64,000 bases of DNA, taken from the IMG/VR virus record IMGVR_UViG_3300045922_000167, positions 1 to 64,000 of that record. One strand, written 5' to 3'. The position numbers and the translations under genes are program-made. Of the stretch, positions 15,001 through 22,200 are shown piece after piece (the first letter of the stretch is position 1; each line of letters opens with the position of its first letter). The notes beneath the pieces are model-generated. The model worked only from the letters and a program-made list of their open reading frames with translations. It did not search any database and was not told where the DNA came from. This stretch comes from a virus.

Positions 15001-15376
15001 CTTTTTTTAATTTGTTTATATCTAATGTTTTCCAATTATTGTCGTTTGCTATATAAAGGTTTTTAGCAAGAGTTAAATTTTGTATATCAGGATGATCGTT
15101 AGGATTAATTTTAGGTATATTTTCTTTTTCGTATTCGTGATAGATTTTACGATTAATTAAGGACTCATTAAAAAGACTTCCAATAGAAGAATGATAACCG
15201 CTTATACCATAAGAGTTTTTATATAAAGCTTTAATATTAGCTTTAACTGAAGTTTGGTTAATATATTCTTCTAAGGATTTAGTATTTTTATATCCTTCGT
15301 GAATTCTTTCATTATCACTACCTACAGGTGGATCTTGTTTTGGTGGTTCTGGTTGTATTAATAAACTTTCAGGCAT
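1..15376 (-). CDS. Giant virion RNA polymerase polyprotein (>5,125 aa, runs off the window): hydrophobic N-terminal region + SF1 helicase + zincin + two-barrel RNAP
   Basis: ATG at 15376 (MPESLLIQPEPPKQDPP). In the same frame: GKAGAGKT (from 10282), VVVDEA, LLGDPSQ, SQGKE and VAATRTK; HEAFH (6007-5993) plus EEWMADTF; GIRIPSTGKNS; MGSDFDVDKL (DFDVD at 1102-1088). The ORF track lists no minus-strand ORF here, as expected if the frame has no stop before the window edge. Not every codon was checked by hand. Confidence 0.9.
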   Translation of the reverse strand, partial: MPESLLIQPEPPKQDPPVGSDNERIHEGYKNTKSLEEYINQTSVKANIKALYKNSYGISGYHSSIGSLFNESLINRKIYHEYEKENIPKINPNDHPDIQNLTLAKNLYIANDNNWKTLDINKLKKGDYKGKVIILEPQDKWKVDKNNIPIPTYRELTDEEKGNPYLLSRALNTSGGYGSADEILERGVTGFLTRVGTESVKLVKDNWENIRNARYEASRFPHFSLFQDVLKDIAKTQKVKYTPLSFYEENDTPEQAALRDILKKDARYFQVLSLVENKRKQENYEFTPNEWYEKLWVNIGAKYIMPNVNVITDALNGFFDEVILNAGTVKNPSSAAFSALGIEGNDLGLLNRAELFKSYAANLSKLRGYKEAHPFADRPKNVDELFSNFSIDKPSTYPEAFMSLITPDFYETAIPFTIGSVVPAIPTLFVGGAVSKGVQGGAKLGGAIGSRILAKTATTGSALGLAGKVVGKGLTFTDDVINAKFSAIYRPISKATTKYLPGAVKAGESLVSGVGEAYKAARSTPLKPLFWSGEKLVAGASKIIANPAASNIKILDAFMANYFANNTFTKIAVESIYQDWIRIGIDPEDAAIAAQELGSLYMLTSAFLPEANLKPFFVNATKLHEQAIQKIALNSLYGPQAVSAYLKEFKKDIVIPTIAKRVLTSATPFSAEFFDEFKETLHEEIASFHLYEKYKNHPDKILVAERMLSGGMVSADEDGSFNYVRAFNNSLKGALLGFGSGAPTAFLQGIRQFKTNAKIEKLASVSDNVLSMLEFTDKNTIIDAIRSMDLSDVAKHTLGTFSPDTQEYTLQLLSPSKLKSSHVGVSTIDKTKSQLLFELQVLKNKGLATEEDIDAVSKGDYNLLKMFYETFERKTGIKPESLNAEEFLKEFLIDRVETEIEINKLFGSTKKSLLKPLSWFNVDNSSYYGLDLDENDKVFLKNFHNKYTKKVTDTLAHQHYLQRYIVDQEAKLKDVDIPPAEKELIKEDIKNAYKEYDNLSTRLMVMQSGGFVELAKANLIYFKERNEANNLVLSEEETKNNVSLLNKKQKALQAARINFLHNQAKIFNSRFDPEVSKYFEKTQAKNTSILDVSIANSPFNLLDLTLSNNGDVIVRPKIPNAEKLNNYLKNISFDSFVINETLKDAEGNPIEAFDFIGIPIEPKTYNDINIGVSSNLFSSFKNKDSLNVFKNIIKSLNLKQLEDFETKFEGIFNEKAKEFFDKFVKRLKERKKQIENEATVIGFDPTSDDQYNKISDFITKYENTTQSPESIEKLKNAIIASSEEVKKYLDDLKKILKLEIDKKKLLTNLSKDLELESFTLLNTLEGIVQGLIEDNNIIQNGGLTSVGIESIINKAKAIRNFVEVAKGTKETIEATDTEPEKVIHIAPKLDDLIDAFKVIAKVFDAYNFEPELDYVLNQIDSFLNVWETKREEVAKKELASINLHNVNTLNTLATEIKELLKVPNIPAATYDVLIEISNRLQGSTESSLKGSVSDYLVMLDAASNIPNIDNIPQLKNTKLYQELGITGNIFLGGESKSSPEVIAKNTYNYGKLLGYLFNMDSKSVITDSKHVEAARLLMTIFGKYRGEHRNSVMFASDLKTFFAYLKEQKIEVNVDKITTLNEYNSTAILYEIQNKIKRLHLIKQSQKSKNLYDQFLKILEEKLTNAEAEGLYLSLEQVLSITDIVLAYLSKDSSVVLLGKAGAGKTSAVVATSVEIINQLSGNNVVTTSPNETSITPITNALSALNPSVIDHKGDEKNAGLTNLKNHLSTNSNNIVVVDEAAYGDTAYVEELKNLVRTNPNNFFVLLGDPSQIQKDVKNPAVPLLSTFNESLFARPVMFRYRNNDPVIKSFIANIESSLDDYASTSGFSSYDENLEYGVKIFESATDLVELIKQKSKEISTNPDEKIFVITNSESKKVNYKKTFNDVKNVVIMTPLESQGKEANYVFLDMDPPKATITSSNVEAYNKQMLVAATRTKKFLGLVGNDIGETPLPYAEIYKTLHSVNYKHNEFVNAVNKINEAVLSVANTQQTLNTFNNLFDEIKNIKNLTVQDVKKIVQTRKDLRKSLNESKKLINESEPRDIQIYVKNIQNGKEIDDAHSINSISLEYHEQLKNKYEDLEKDINFAVTLTSEVIAKSINSLGKKSKKTPIVNGENAAPITDGTNVTGTSTAPLTPPDTEVEGKEVEDVEDVEEVEVEDEQQIDSEAEDLADAITEQSDVDVDNEPTTPINFVDGKLPEHNKILSGEIDPTEYDTLYDIVRGLNLKDADEQFEDNTALQNPPIQFRNLLNNLIKNYILTNKEEFTRKIENQIKEITDYYNTNLTVKIDGSASILQPINSTLIENTLKNIRSKIIELTGGGDITNVEIDITDVLNYETGNVGEIDNSINKGILYNIPMRVIGKGGLWTYFNFYYTHDFSKFSEVPTSSYARSYNALYDAKDPKANKASYYRNKYVKLLNSALLDHKKDDPNVDIDSIPCYIITTEIKPDGKDSIIHVGGKKNNDNQGINLPVKIEVLHQISNNLNKIIGAKKRVRNILEEANEEEKKKIYSNLKVYETDGIQINEEAKIEAEIASRLTAIYKRYFSNFLPLRINVLIDETGTNLLNKNILLKAIYNDEEKNKLNVSVEQLDKVRNKLIITYNQKPIAEILPFSKINPPALFNITSEEAPLYIYIKKTNDFIQNFKPEEEGSIESILSSLQASDLTAGIGSATFAANTNGGTIAQLIEAMGKEGLTSIGKIVVNVSNTVVYDETYPDVINPSIEYIPGSPNSKNISKLPNLEKGRAYLLFKDANDVVYPLPLDRRNFKSVEEIEKLIDSWEETVKQLQDKIKRENLTEEDLKKDDEFLRLENEIHSFVNANRDLTMALTPLLIRTTLSRKIFFQHGPDPKTITDNLNIIKEQIRKFDAAYRQKYEQKNGRSPLYTAYYKYIVLPKGKNHKDLFKNYSINGVPGVGQIFDLNDVANSIDDVVYSNIIKFTGVEIQARIPLQQPQQTLRRFVPQSTQTPTTSTQTTQAPSTPQQNSQNSQGSSQSKVDINNFSFSKRSIEDNDYTDYNMSELEAKGVLTELFGKTFEKYGQTNIEDNLKHKGIPLNGYYEAASILSGDVKATIGLNRYKGKVSRKAVYHEAFHLIFDGFVTDSEKRKYLDYVKKKYLKNTKSSDIEAEEWMADTFQELRPYKDTILNKLFSYLKELVYILIGRTYDPKFLFNRAQRGYYKGKLPNLSNDHIYYSKSGRIEAKKSLVNSNKNELLAPFTHNKHYYDFIYQYRSQLVLDTILNFSALAINNNLPPTNLSFGIEERFKKANEVRNVLNEIFNTFTDDPSKFYLSLREYIESGYSSINPLQELYEIIFDENGYIRSEFDEYFDLINDYDNWLAEVGLNPDPTRGTFNNQLITDIYYTYWMVNEDKKIRKIGATLLSLITHSKANIFLDEDVKDKLKKEELEIIAKEKNTNVPIDDDDLYDGSEEADVEIKQEEDSIEEQTDAETKKLLKNLGGLNASVDTQELSGFEGIKLLLSVVPKFASSKSLGVFINKLNKVVELQQIPIEQRTIEQQKELFKTLVDLTQNVRNRSASFLYPEQALKAAYIEVNEFKKLNPGVPLTPMTFKTYLENFILKTGNYIYDEYGNEIIVDEEEKINLDNHRLSILSSLYVALYGNNSGSYSPGFLLTVQEQNIIASNLLEQENIKIKLNQAQNLFNSLFYYAESVRDYQYATIKIDEDGEFVLRFDTVNDSLENTRNLLENNILEFIGNKDKFKYTSTEDYASIKFIITVNKEQQEYKLLFVNGGWRLFKNETNVVNGKEIKDEKLIASGNENFVSSSNETAKTEAARFAFSLFNASLRVNVSKLTADEYLNALNTFFTTIIPEHIGTESTKSTTNNKDYRNATLDLASQLIDYSSRLHNSHTLNAEGKNVQGTGFVTPNDKHWKRRANQLQNMFKENGIKISSSAFSLETSIDILGIEYTFYDRSTQKKLTSDELFGIDYSLFRQSLVKNKTKKYYQRMPTIGDSSRVLLAENAKFFTVEDLEKNYNAEINKAIAIVKLFLEQEQIQFNHKFKNVLYEPVKHSFILSHFLLRDQSITITNIDEAAQHIVSSLLNIANNDYVAFKNVLGYLKPEDTLAHFVCFTLNQYLNSIAHTYVLVGNIYGYKTTKLDSNRNIQVVLQSGSADIQKRINLPNNMGNPGNYSSFRRNNGQSKTYILPSVFKKSYDGLAVLVNGTEPLEGSDGISYMLPHYAYERSLKYGGTYNTSLGAVTKDKNADFDEQTELVNLEKYSLMYIDGTTYYTNQDIFDRFLNLAYKGDQNAVQKAKFLIDTSKKRVDLQLIDTSTFKNVEEKLLHDRKLQKAKYDEFLAYSDLINYLNENNIIPIDRLIDPSARKDSSPISASDQLVTDYLNGGNEIPIISDDSLRTVHEYAQSQIYDPVGAISPNESISVSTQQLYIAVSSFIDSSLKSMEDSEISKYRAQINKLQRASKALFNRGRTKIAEELIKSGVKAIQAIRDRAALDSQQDPTNLDETMYSILSNSSINSNLAVVASELTKATFRWFTKEVAKQTMPGTHYVLQPDMKALTPNRLKWYNYRFDQKKLTDEEKKIFDIDGHEGLMNHFIEVAKKIQNESDKSTVKTKLSALRKEFFNKILESGEVEVRVPYKFTKKFEYLFNEIPKENWIENAKERISRYGITYSSNIAILKNNVANTEGLTQAELNEVEDLITFLQTLQMFGIRIPSTGKNSAIIVKIKEIIDTNVNIMQVPAEVVLFMGSDFDVDKLTTYNYTVTTINDRAFIEVPTEEEYSGDTSKINAKKLKNDLLLNYINLWRLPYSQAQAAKPISYQSVEALIDSPNTTNNVESPLNNPIVEAKRSSGFYGYKNQIAHYHNANSAGTDLVGFGVTFNKVYMLLQSLNTDELPIQLEPLTFFVPASSTEPKELKRIEYKGKIEESKTLFTIGEVPSFIDDLCQTILDNLKIQLTGKLNVSKETVGKMLTMVSLGTPLEDTARFFKHPLIVDYVTFIEHGKLVKANKGRLNKSAAGIDPNKIAKYNLSKEEFRQYLIAQYSNSIGENTAKALIQTFDDIERFERDNIGPFRKFFSLTNGYSPSYTDQIKMIEKYNKILIENPQLSKIFKIIFGEI

Positions 15377-15427
15377 AGCGTTTGTATAAAATAACTTTAT
15401 TTATTTTGTTGGTTTGTTTGTGATTTA

Positions 15428-17347
15428 TTATTGTTTTTCTTGGGCGTTCATTACTTCTTTTGTTTTGGCTATTACATCTTGCATAGATCGTGCAATATTA
15501 GGATTTGTAGATGTAGTTAAATCAACAAATCCATAGGGTATAATTACTTCAATAGTAGGACCTGTGTGAATAGCATAAACTGTAGCCTTATCATAAGAAG
15601 TAATTGGATGTTTACTATCTAAAGTTTTTGTTATTGTATTATAAGTTGCTTCATTTTGTTTTTGTAAACTAGATATTACTAGTTTACCTAATAAATCTAA
15701 AACTTTACTATCTATAAGGGTACTATCATAGTCATTTTCTGCAGTTTTAAAAGTTATTTTTAATGGTGCTTTTACCCCATATCCTTTAGTAGAAGAAGGA
15801 TTATGATCTTTATCAAGAGCTAACACAACTCCAGGAGGTGAACTAGAAAAAAGGTCGTAATCTACTTTTACCGCTATATTTTCTAAACTTAAAATATTGG
15901 ATATGTTTTTATCGTTATTATTGAAATTCTTTTTAATCTTGTCGTTTAGCTGATTATAATAAGCTTTAGCTCTATCTGTAACAAAATTACCTCTTGTAAG
16001 TCTTTCTCGTATAGTTCCTATAGTAGTTGTTGGTATTGTAACAGTTTCATCTCGAGTATCAAATATACCAAATCTTAAGGATTGATTACCAATATAATTA
16101 TCACCTATAAATCTTACTAAATTAGTAGCAAAAGCTTCTTTACCATCTTGAACTACTTTTATTGTTGATAACCCAGTAGAGTTACCTATAGTAATAGGCT
16201 TATTTAGTGTATGAGAAAAGAAAGATACATATTTATCTGGATTTTTTACATCTTTCCCTCCACCCTCTCCTCTTCCTCCACTACCAGTACCACTAGCTAT
16301 TTTTTCTATTCTTGAATGTCTATATCCAGATGGGTCAAAATATTCTAAATAAGATTTAAGTAAGTTTATATGTTTATTTTCAGGAGTTTCTACTACATTA
16401 CCTTTTTTGTTTTTTTGTAAAGACTTTTCATGGTTTGTTATAAATTCTAAAGCATTATTGTAAGTAAATAACTTATTATCTGAAATAAACTTTAAAAAGT
16501 CTTCACTTAAATTATCTAAATTGCGTTTAGATGAATTAACTAATTCACTTACACTGTTACTTTCATCTGGTTTAAAAATGTCATTAAATCTATGTTTAAC
16601 TATTAAAGATTTAATTAAAGGAAAATTACTTATATTTTCTCTATATAAATTATCTCTTATTGCAGTTAAATTTGTAATATTATCATTAGTTCCATAAGAT
16701 TCTTCTATTGTTTTTGCAGCTTCGTATTTTTTATGTACTTCTTTTTTTAATTCTTCTATATAATCAACTTGTGGGCTAGATAAATCTATATTACCAGAAG
16801 CTGGGTCAATTTCTTGTTCCTCTCTATACTTGCTATATATACGTGGATTTTCTACTAAAAATTTAGCTAATTTTGTATTAACATCATTTTCATTTTTAGT
16901 GCCATGAAGAAAAGTACTAAATTGATTATAATCATCAAATTCTTGTTTAAATTTTGCAGCTAAACCTGTTAGTTCTGTATTTTTTTCCTGAATAGCTTGT
17001 TTACTTCTTATGTAATTAGGATCAAAGTTTTTAAGACCGACACTAGCTTGAGCTTTGTAACCGTAGTGACTTTGTACTAATTTTTGTAAATTATTAAGAT
17101 GACTTTCAAATTCACTACGCCTATGGGGTAACATAGGACTTTTGTTATCAACAGTTAGTTTGTAATCTTCATGTCCCATGAACGCATTTTGATCATCAAA
17201 CCTTTTTTGTTGAAGTTCTGCTTCTTTCATAGCTAAAGCTTGTTCTTTAGCTTTTTTAGCCTCCTCCATCTCAATCATTTTCATGTAATATGGAGAATGG
17301 TCATCTAAAGACGGTCCTAAAGGTTTTATTGGCTCAAACTGACTCAT
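15428..17347 (-). CDS. Putative internal virion/ejection (cargo) protein
   Basis: 639-aa ORF directly upstream of the vRNAP gene, coiled-coil N-terminus and Gly-rich linker; call is positional, by analogy to crAss-like cargo genes. Confidence 0.5.
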   Translation of the reverse strand: MSQFEPIKPLGPSLDDHSPYYMKMIEMEEAKKAKEQALAMKEAELQQKRFDDQNAFMGHEDYKLTVDNKSPMLPHRRSEFESHLNNLQKLVQSHYGYKAQASVGLKNFDPNYIRSKQAIQEKNTELTGLAAKFKQEFDDYNQFSTFLHGTKNENDVNTKLAKFLVENPRIYSKYREEQEIDPASGNIDLSSPQVDYIEELKKEVHKKYEAAKTIEESYGTNDNITNLTAIRDNLYRENISNFPLIKSLIVKHRFNDIFKPDESNSVSELVNSSKRNLDNLSEDFLKFISDNKLFTYNNALEFITNHEKSLQKNKKGNVVETPENKHINLLKSYLEYFDPSGYRHSRIEKIASGTGSGGRGEGGGKDVKNPDKYVSFFSHTLNKPITIGNSTGLSTIKVVQDGKEAFATNLVRFIGDNYIGNQSLRFGIFDTRDETVTIPTTTIGTIRERLTRGNFVTDRAKAYYNQLNDKIKKNFNNNDKNISNILSLENIAVKVDYDLFSSSPPGVVLALDKDHNPSSTKGYGVKAPLKITFKTAENDYDSTLIDSKVLDLLGKLVISSLQKQNEATYNTITKTLDSKHPITSYDKATVYAIHTGPTIEVIIPYGFVDLTTSTNPNIARSMQDVIAKTKEVMNAQEKQ

Positions 17348-17368
17348 AGCTACAATATAATTACAATA

Positions 17369-18688
17369 TTAATTAAATTTTATTTTAGGTGCGTACCAAA
17401 GACTTGATTTTAATGGTTTACCTATCAAACGTTCTCCTAAACTTGAAGCGGAATTTAATGAATTAGTACTTTGTGGTAATGAATTTATTTGACTATTTGC
17501 TGTACCAAATGATTCAGGTTCTTCATTAGAACTGTATGAACTTAAATTATTAGAGTTAACAGAACCAAGAATAGGATTAGATATGCTAGGTCTTAAACTT
17601 GGGTTATTTTGACCTAATTGTTGTTTATATATATTAAAAAGGTTGTTATTCATACCGTGAGTATTCAAATCCTTAAACAAAGACTGACCAGTACCTATCA
17701 TTCCTTGCAACGTCTGCATTTTAGTATTATGTCTCATTATCTCATCTTGGTATTTAGCCATAGCATTTTGATTACGAGACTGGTTTTCTTGAGCTGCATA
17801 TTGGTTATCCAGCTGACCTAATTGCATTTCTAAGTTAGACCTTTGCATACCTAAGTCAGCTTGCTGTCGTGCAAGATCATTTTGGGCAGAAAGTGCCGTA
17901 CCTTGCGCTTGGTTAGTTAACGCAGCTGCAATAGCTGCAAAAGGCGTACTACGTTGTGCTTGGTTTGCAGCGTTCGTTAGTTGATTATTTATCCTTTGTG
18001 CTTGACCACTGAGAGCGTTCTGACTCGCCTGAGCAAAGTTATTACGCGCAGCTCCCATAAACGATCTATTTGCCTGAAAGTCTTGTAGCTTAGGCATTTT
18101 AATTTTGTTTTGCCTAGTTATACTATACGCACCTAAGCCTATGTTAGCAGCTGCTAAACCACCTGCTATGTATGGATTAGCAGTAGCTAAACCAGCTAAT
18201 GCTTTTTTATATGAGTCTAATTCCTTGCGTTGTTTCATAGCTTCTTGTTTAAATACTGAGTCGTCTGCTGAAGATAATAATTCTATTAAATATTTATGTT
18301 CTCTAATGAATTTTTTTCTTGGTAGTTCAATCTTACCTCCAGTATCTTTTTTCTTGTCTTTACCATCAGGTAGTTGATTATGTACATACTCTTTTTCTTC
18401 TGAAGTTAATCTAAGATAATCATCTTTTTTTATTCTTCCTACTCTACTTTGTGTAGGTATTATCATTCCACCAGCTTTAAATTCTCCTTTAATACCATTT
18501 TGTGAATGATATCTTCCTTGTAAATCCCATATATGATATTTACCATCATGCCCCATATACTTTGCTTTACCACCTGATATAATTTTAGGAGGTTCAGGAT
18601 CAGTATGTACGTACAGTTCATTATTTTCAGCTTCTATTTTAACATACGGTGTAGATTTTATATATTTACCGTTTTTAATATCTTTCAT
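17369..18688 (-). CDS. Putative ejection/cargo protein with hydrophobic segment
   Basis: GRYHSQNGI motif, Ala/Gly hydrophobic stretch ALAGLATANPYIAGGLAAANIGLGAY, and Q/A/N-rich coiled coil typical of ejected proteins. Confidence 0.55.
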   Translation of the reverse strand: MKDIKNGKYIKSTPYVKIEAENNELYVHTDPEPPKIISGGKAKYMGHDGKYHIWDLQGRYHSQNGIKGEFKAGGMIIPTQSRVGRIKKDDYLRLTSEEKEYVHNQLPDGKDKKKDTGGKIELPRKKFIREHKYLIELLSSADDSVFKQEAMKQRKELDSYKKALAGLATANPYIAGGLAAANIGLGAYSITRQNKIKMPKLQDFQANRSFMGAARNNFAQASQNALSGQAQRINNQLTNAANQAQRSTPFAAIAAALTNQAQGTALSAQNDLARQQADLGMQRSNLEMQLGQLDNQYAAQENQSRNQNAMAKYQDEIMRHNTKMQTLQGMIGTGQSLFKDLNTHGMNNNLFNIYKQQLGQNNPSLRPSISNPILGSVNSNNLSSYSSNEEPESFGTANSQINSLPQSTNSLNSASSLGERLIGKPLKSSLWYAPKIKFN

Positions 18689-18691
18689 AAT

Positions 18692-19081
18692 ATGTCGTAT
18701 AAAAAGTTATTCTTTGAGAAGTACAAAAGTACAAACGATTACTACTCTTTGAAGCAATTAGCTGCTAAACGTAGAAAAGAAAATTTGTTAAAATTATCCA
18801 AGCAACATAATCTGCCTTTTAACAAAATTAAGTTACTGGTAGATACTTACGAAACATACATAAAAGATTGTATGATGAATAATGAAACTGTTTGGATAGA
18901 AGGCATAGGTTGTTTATTAAATTACGAAAATCTCGTATGGGGATCTAAACGATGGAGTAAACATATTATGCGTAGACATATGTTCTTTTCTAACAAGAAG
19001 GCTCTTCAGGAGGGGAGACCATTACCGTATCCTGACTATATTGATGGAAAGTACAATAAAAGTCAGGAAACGTGTGAATAG
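18692..19081 (+). CDS. HU/IHF-like DNA-binding protein (antisense to the structural operon)
   Basis: Likely start MSYKKLF at 18692; LSKQHNLPFNKIKLLVDTYETYIKDCMMNNETVWIEGIG matches the HU/IHF helix-helix-strand pattern; IHF homologues are typical of crAss tail modules. Confidence 0.6.
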   Translation: MSYKKLFFEKYKSTNDYYSLKQLAAKRRKENLLKLSKQHNLPFNKIKLLVDTYETYIKDCMMNNETVWIEGIGCLLNYENLVWGSKRWSKHIMRRHMFFSNKKALQEGRPLPYPDYIDGKYNKSQETCE

Positions 19082-19268
19082 TCATTTTTATTCTCTCATT
19101 ACTCACTGAGTGTTCCCTTATAATTAAAGACTTAAACGCAGCTATTGTATCTACGTCTAAATTAGCTGTGAGTTTACTACATTGAGCTGTAAAAACACCT
19201 CCTTGCCAAAAAGCACAATTAGAACACTTAGGTTCAGGTAATTGGGGATTATTTTGTGTATTTGCCAT
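18990..19268 (-). CDS. Small Cys-motif protein (CxxCxxW...C...FYC)
   Basis: 92-aa ORF coupled (TAATG) to the tail stabilization gene. Confidence 0.5.
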   Translation of the reverse strand: MANTQNNPQLPEPKCSNCAFWQGGVFTAQCSKLTANLDVDTIAAFKSLIIREHSVSNERIKMTIHTFPDFYCTFHQYSQDTVMVSPPEEPSC

Positions 19269-22200
19269 TATCTATACGCAGGATTAAATGTTAATTCTAA
19301 AAAGTTTAAGAACGTTCGTATATTATTTGTATTGTAAGATTCTATTTCTATTTCTAAGTAAGTATCACGTAATCTGGAGTTATATCCATTAATAGCTTCT
19401 TTATTACTTTCTCTAGGTACGTACATATGCCATACGTTTTGTACGTTCCTTACTAAATGCGTAAAATTAAACCCTTCTTTGGTATAATCTGATTGACTTA
19501 AAAACTCAACAAGTCTTAATTTATCTGATTTTTGACTTGAAGTTCTAAACGTAATAAATAAATCATCTTTAGGTAAAGTATTTAACGTTTGTTGAGAATC
19601 TAAGTCAAAGAATTTAACATACATTTTTAATGTATTAAATACTTTAACTACGGTAGGTAAGCTATTGGATACTAATATTATTTTAGAAGGAACGCTAGCA
19701 AATCCCCAAAAATTACCTAAATCTCCAGAATTAAACTTCCAAATAGTTGTATTGTATAAGTTACTTGGATCAGCTGATCTATCTGCAAACAAACCTCCAT
19801 TTGAATTTACTGCGTAATGGTCGTTCATATAACTACAATACATAGTAGGCTGAAAAGCCTTTTCAGGTAAAAAATACTTACCAATAAATACATTAAAATT
19901 CTCGCTAAATACTAACGTATCTTGATTTGCGTTACCGTTAAATGTAAAATATACTTCATTATATAATGGATCAAATCCAGTAATGATTTCATAATCTTTA
20001 AATACGTTTTCATAACTCATTATATGTCTTGCAAAAGACTCTATTTTTTTAGTAAGAGACAGTATTTCAAATCCATTCGGTCCTACTCTCCAAATCTCTG
20101 TCATCTTTCTATCTACACCATATATCGCTTGGTCGCTTTGTACGATAGACCATTGATGTTGTGTACCAAACTTTTGATCTATATATTGAGGTCTAGACGA
20201 TATTACGTCAAATTCGCCAAGTTTGTAAGAAATACCAGCATCATTTGTAGCTGCATTAGGCATATCAATTGGTATTACAGATAATGCTTGACGTTGAGCT
20301 ACAAATAATTGATTCTTAAAATTCTGTATTTCTACTATCTCTCCATATTGTAAATCTGTATATGAAGTACTTAATGGATCAAATAATGTGTAGCTATCAG
20401 ATTTACTTCCTATTTGTTTTCGTCTGCTATATCGTATTTCTGAAGGAGAGTATAATTGCTCAGATGTTTCAAATTTGTTTACTGTAGGTAAGTTTAAAAC
20501 ATCTTTAGCCATAAAAGCTGAATTAGATAAATATTCTTCTGTTTTTCCTATAGGTATTGAAAAAGATAAATCTAAAGGAAAATATTTATCAGATGTTTCT
20601 AGCTCTTCAGAAAATCTTAAACAAGTATTATAGAAATTTTCTGTAACAATTCCTATGTTTATAGTAACTGGGCCAGTGTAATTTCTGTTAGTGCCACCTC
20701 CTATTGTTAAAAGCTTTCCACCACCTCCACCTTCTAGTATTCCTGGTTGTTTAGATTGTAATAATCTAATAAAAGTTTTATTAATGTAAGTATCCCCGCT
20801 AAAAAACAAATAATTCCAATTTTCAGTTTCGCTTAATTCTTCTATAGATACATATTCACAAAAATAGTAGCTATCTACATTAGATGTTAAATTTTGTGAT
20901 ATGTCTATTATTGAGATAAATTGAGGATTTCCTGTATTTTCAGGAAAAGATTTAATATCACTATTTAAGTTAAGTTCTATTATACTTTGATCATACGGTA
21001 TTAAATAATTATCGGTATATTCTAATATATAACCTATTTTACCCTCACCTGAACTAACTGACAATAAATATTTATAATAAGATTCCTTTCTATTTCTTTT
21101 AATTAATTTAGGTACTTGTAGCGTATTATTTAAATCGTAATTTAACGTATTAAAAGAAGCCATTAATGCTACTGAAGAACTGTCAATAGGAGCATTAATT
21201 CCTTTATATGACGTTTTAGCTTCATGTATTTGAGTAATTTTGTAATCAGGACTAAAGTTAGTATTTTTTAAAAATAATTCGTCTGGGCATACTATTATTA
21301 AATCTCTATAATTTAATCCAGCTAAAGCAGCATTTCGCCCAAATTTAAATATACAAGCTTGATTTGTTATTTCACCAATAATCTCACTCCTATAAAAAGC
21401 AAATCCTTGTATTTCGTTACTAAGTTCAAATAGATTTATTTGCAGTTCAGGGCTAATAACATAAAAATTTTGAGTATCTGCCCTAGACAACATAAAATCT
21501 TCTATAGATTCATTAGCTGCTTTAGATGTAGTCCTATTATGGGGGTTAAAATCTGCAACTAAATTTTTAGGAACTGTATAGCTATTATCGTTATTTAACC
21601 CATCTCCAGGTAATTCATATAAAGTAGACCTAGACCCATCTTTAAAAACAAATTCTATAGCAAACTTGTAACGTTTACCTCTTCTATAACCAACATAGTT
21701 ATATATATTATATTCATTTTGATAAGGTTGTAGATATTCTTTATTAGATAAAGCTATTCCTTTTAACCCAGATAATGGGAACTCTTCATTACTTAAAGAA
21801 TTAAATCCTTCTTTGTAAGAGAATTTAGTTGTTTTCCAAGTTATTACACTTTTTTTTATAACATCTTTAGCTTTTTGTATTAAATTATATTTATATTTTA
21901 AATTAGATAAAAATAATCTATTATTTATTATAGCTAAAGATTTACATGATTCTATTGCTATAAATGGAAGAGATAACGTTTCTCTATCTGTTGGTGATAA
22001 TTCATCTCCTGTAATAGTTACATTTTGAGTAAACCCAGTAATTTTAATAAAATCAGTTAAAAAATATTCAATACTTACATTAGTTTTATAATAAATGACA
22101 CCTAGCTGTATGTAAGTATAATTCTGATCTAATTCGGATAATTTTACTGTAAATGATTTATTTGTTTGGCTATCTGGACGACCACCATCATACTCCCACC

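Noticed and set aside
1-15376. Apparent 15-kb gene desert suggesting stop-codon reassignment (known in some crAss-like phages)
   Set aside because: Explained by one open frame running off the window. Other genes are intact in the standard code, TAG and TGA end genes, and no suppressor tRNA was seen
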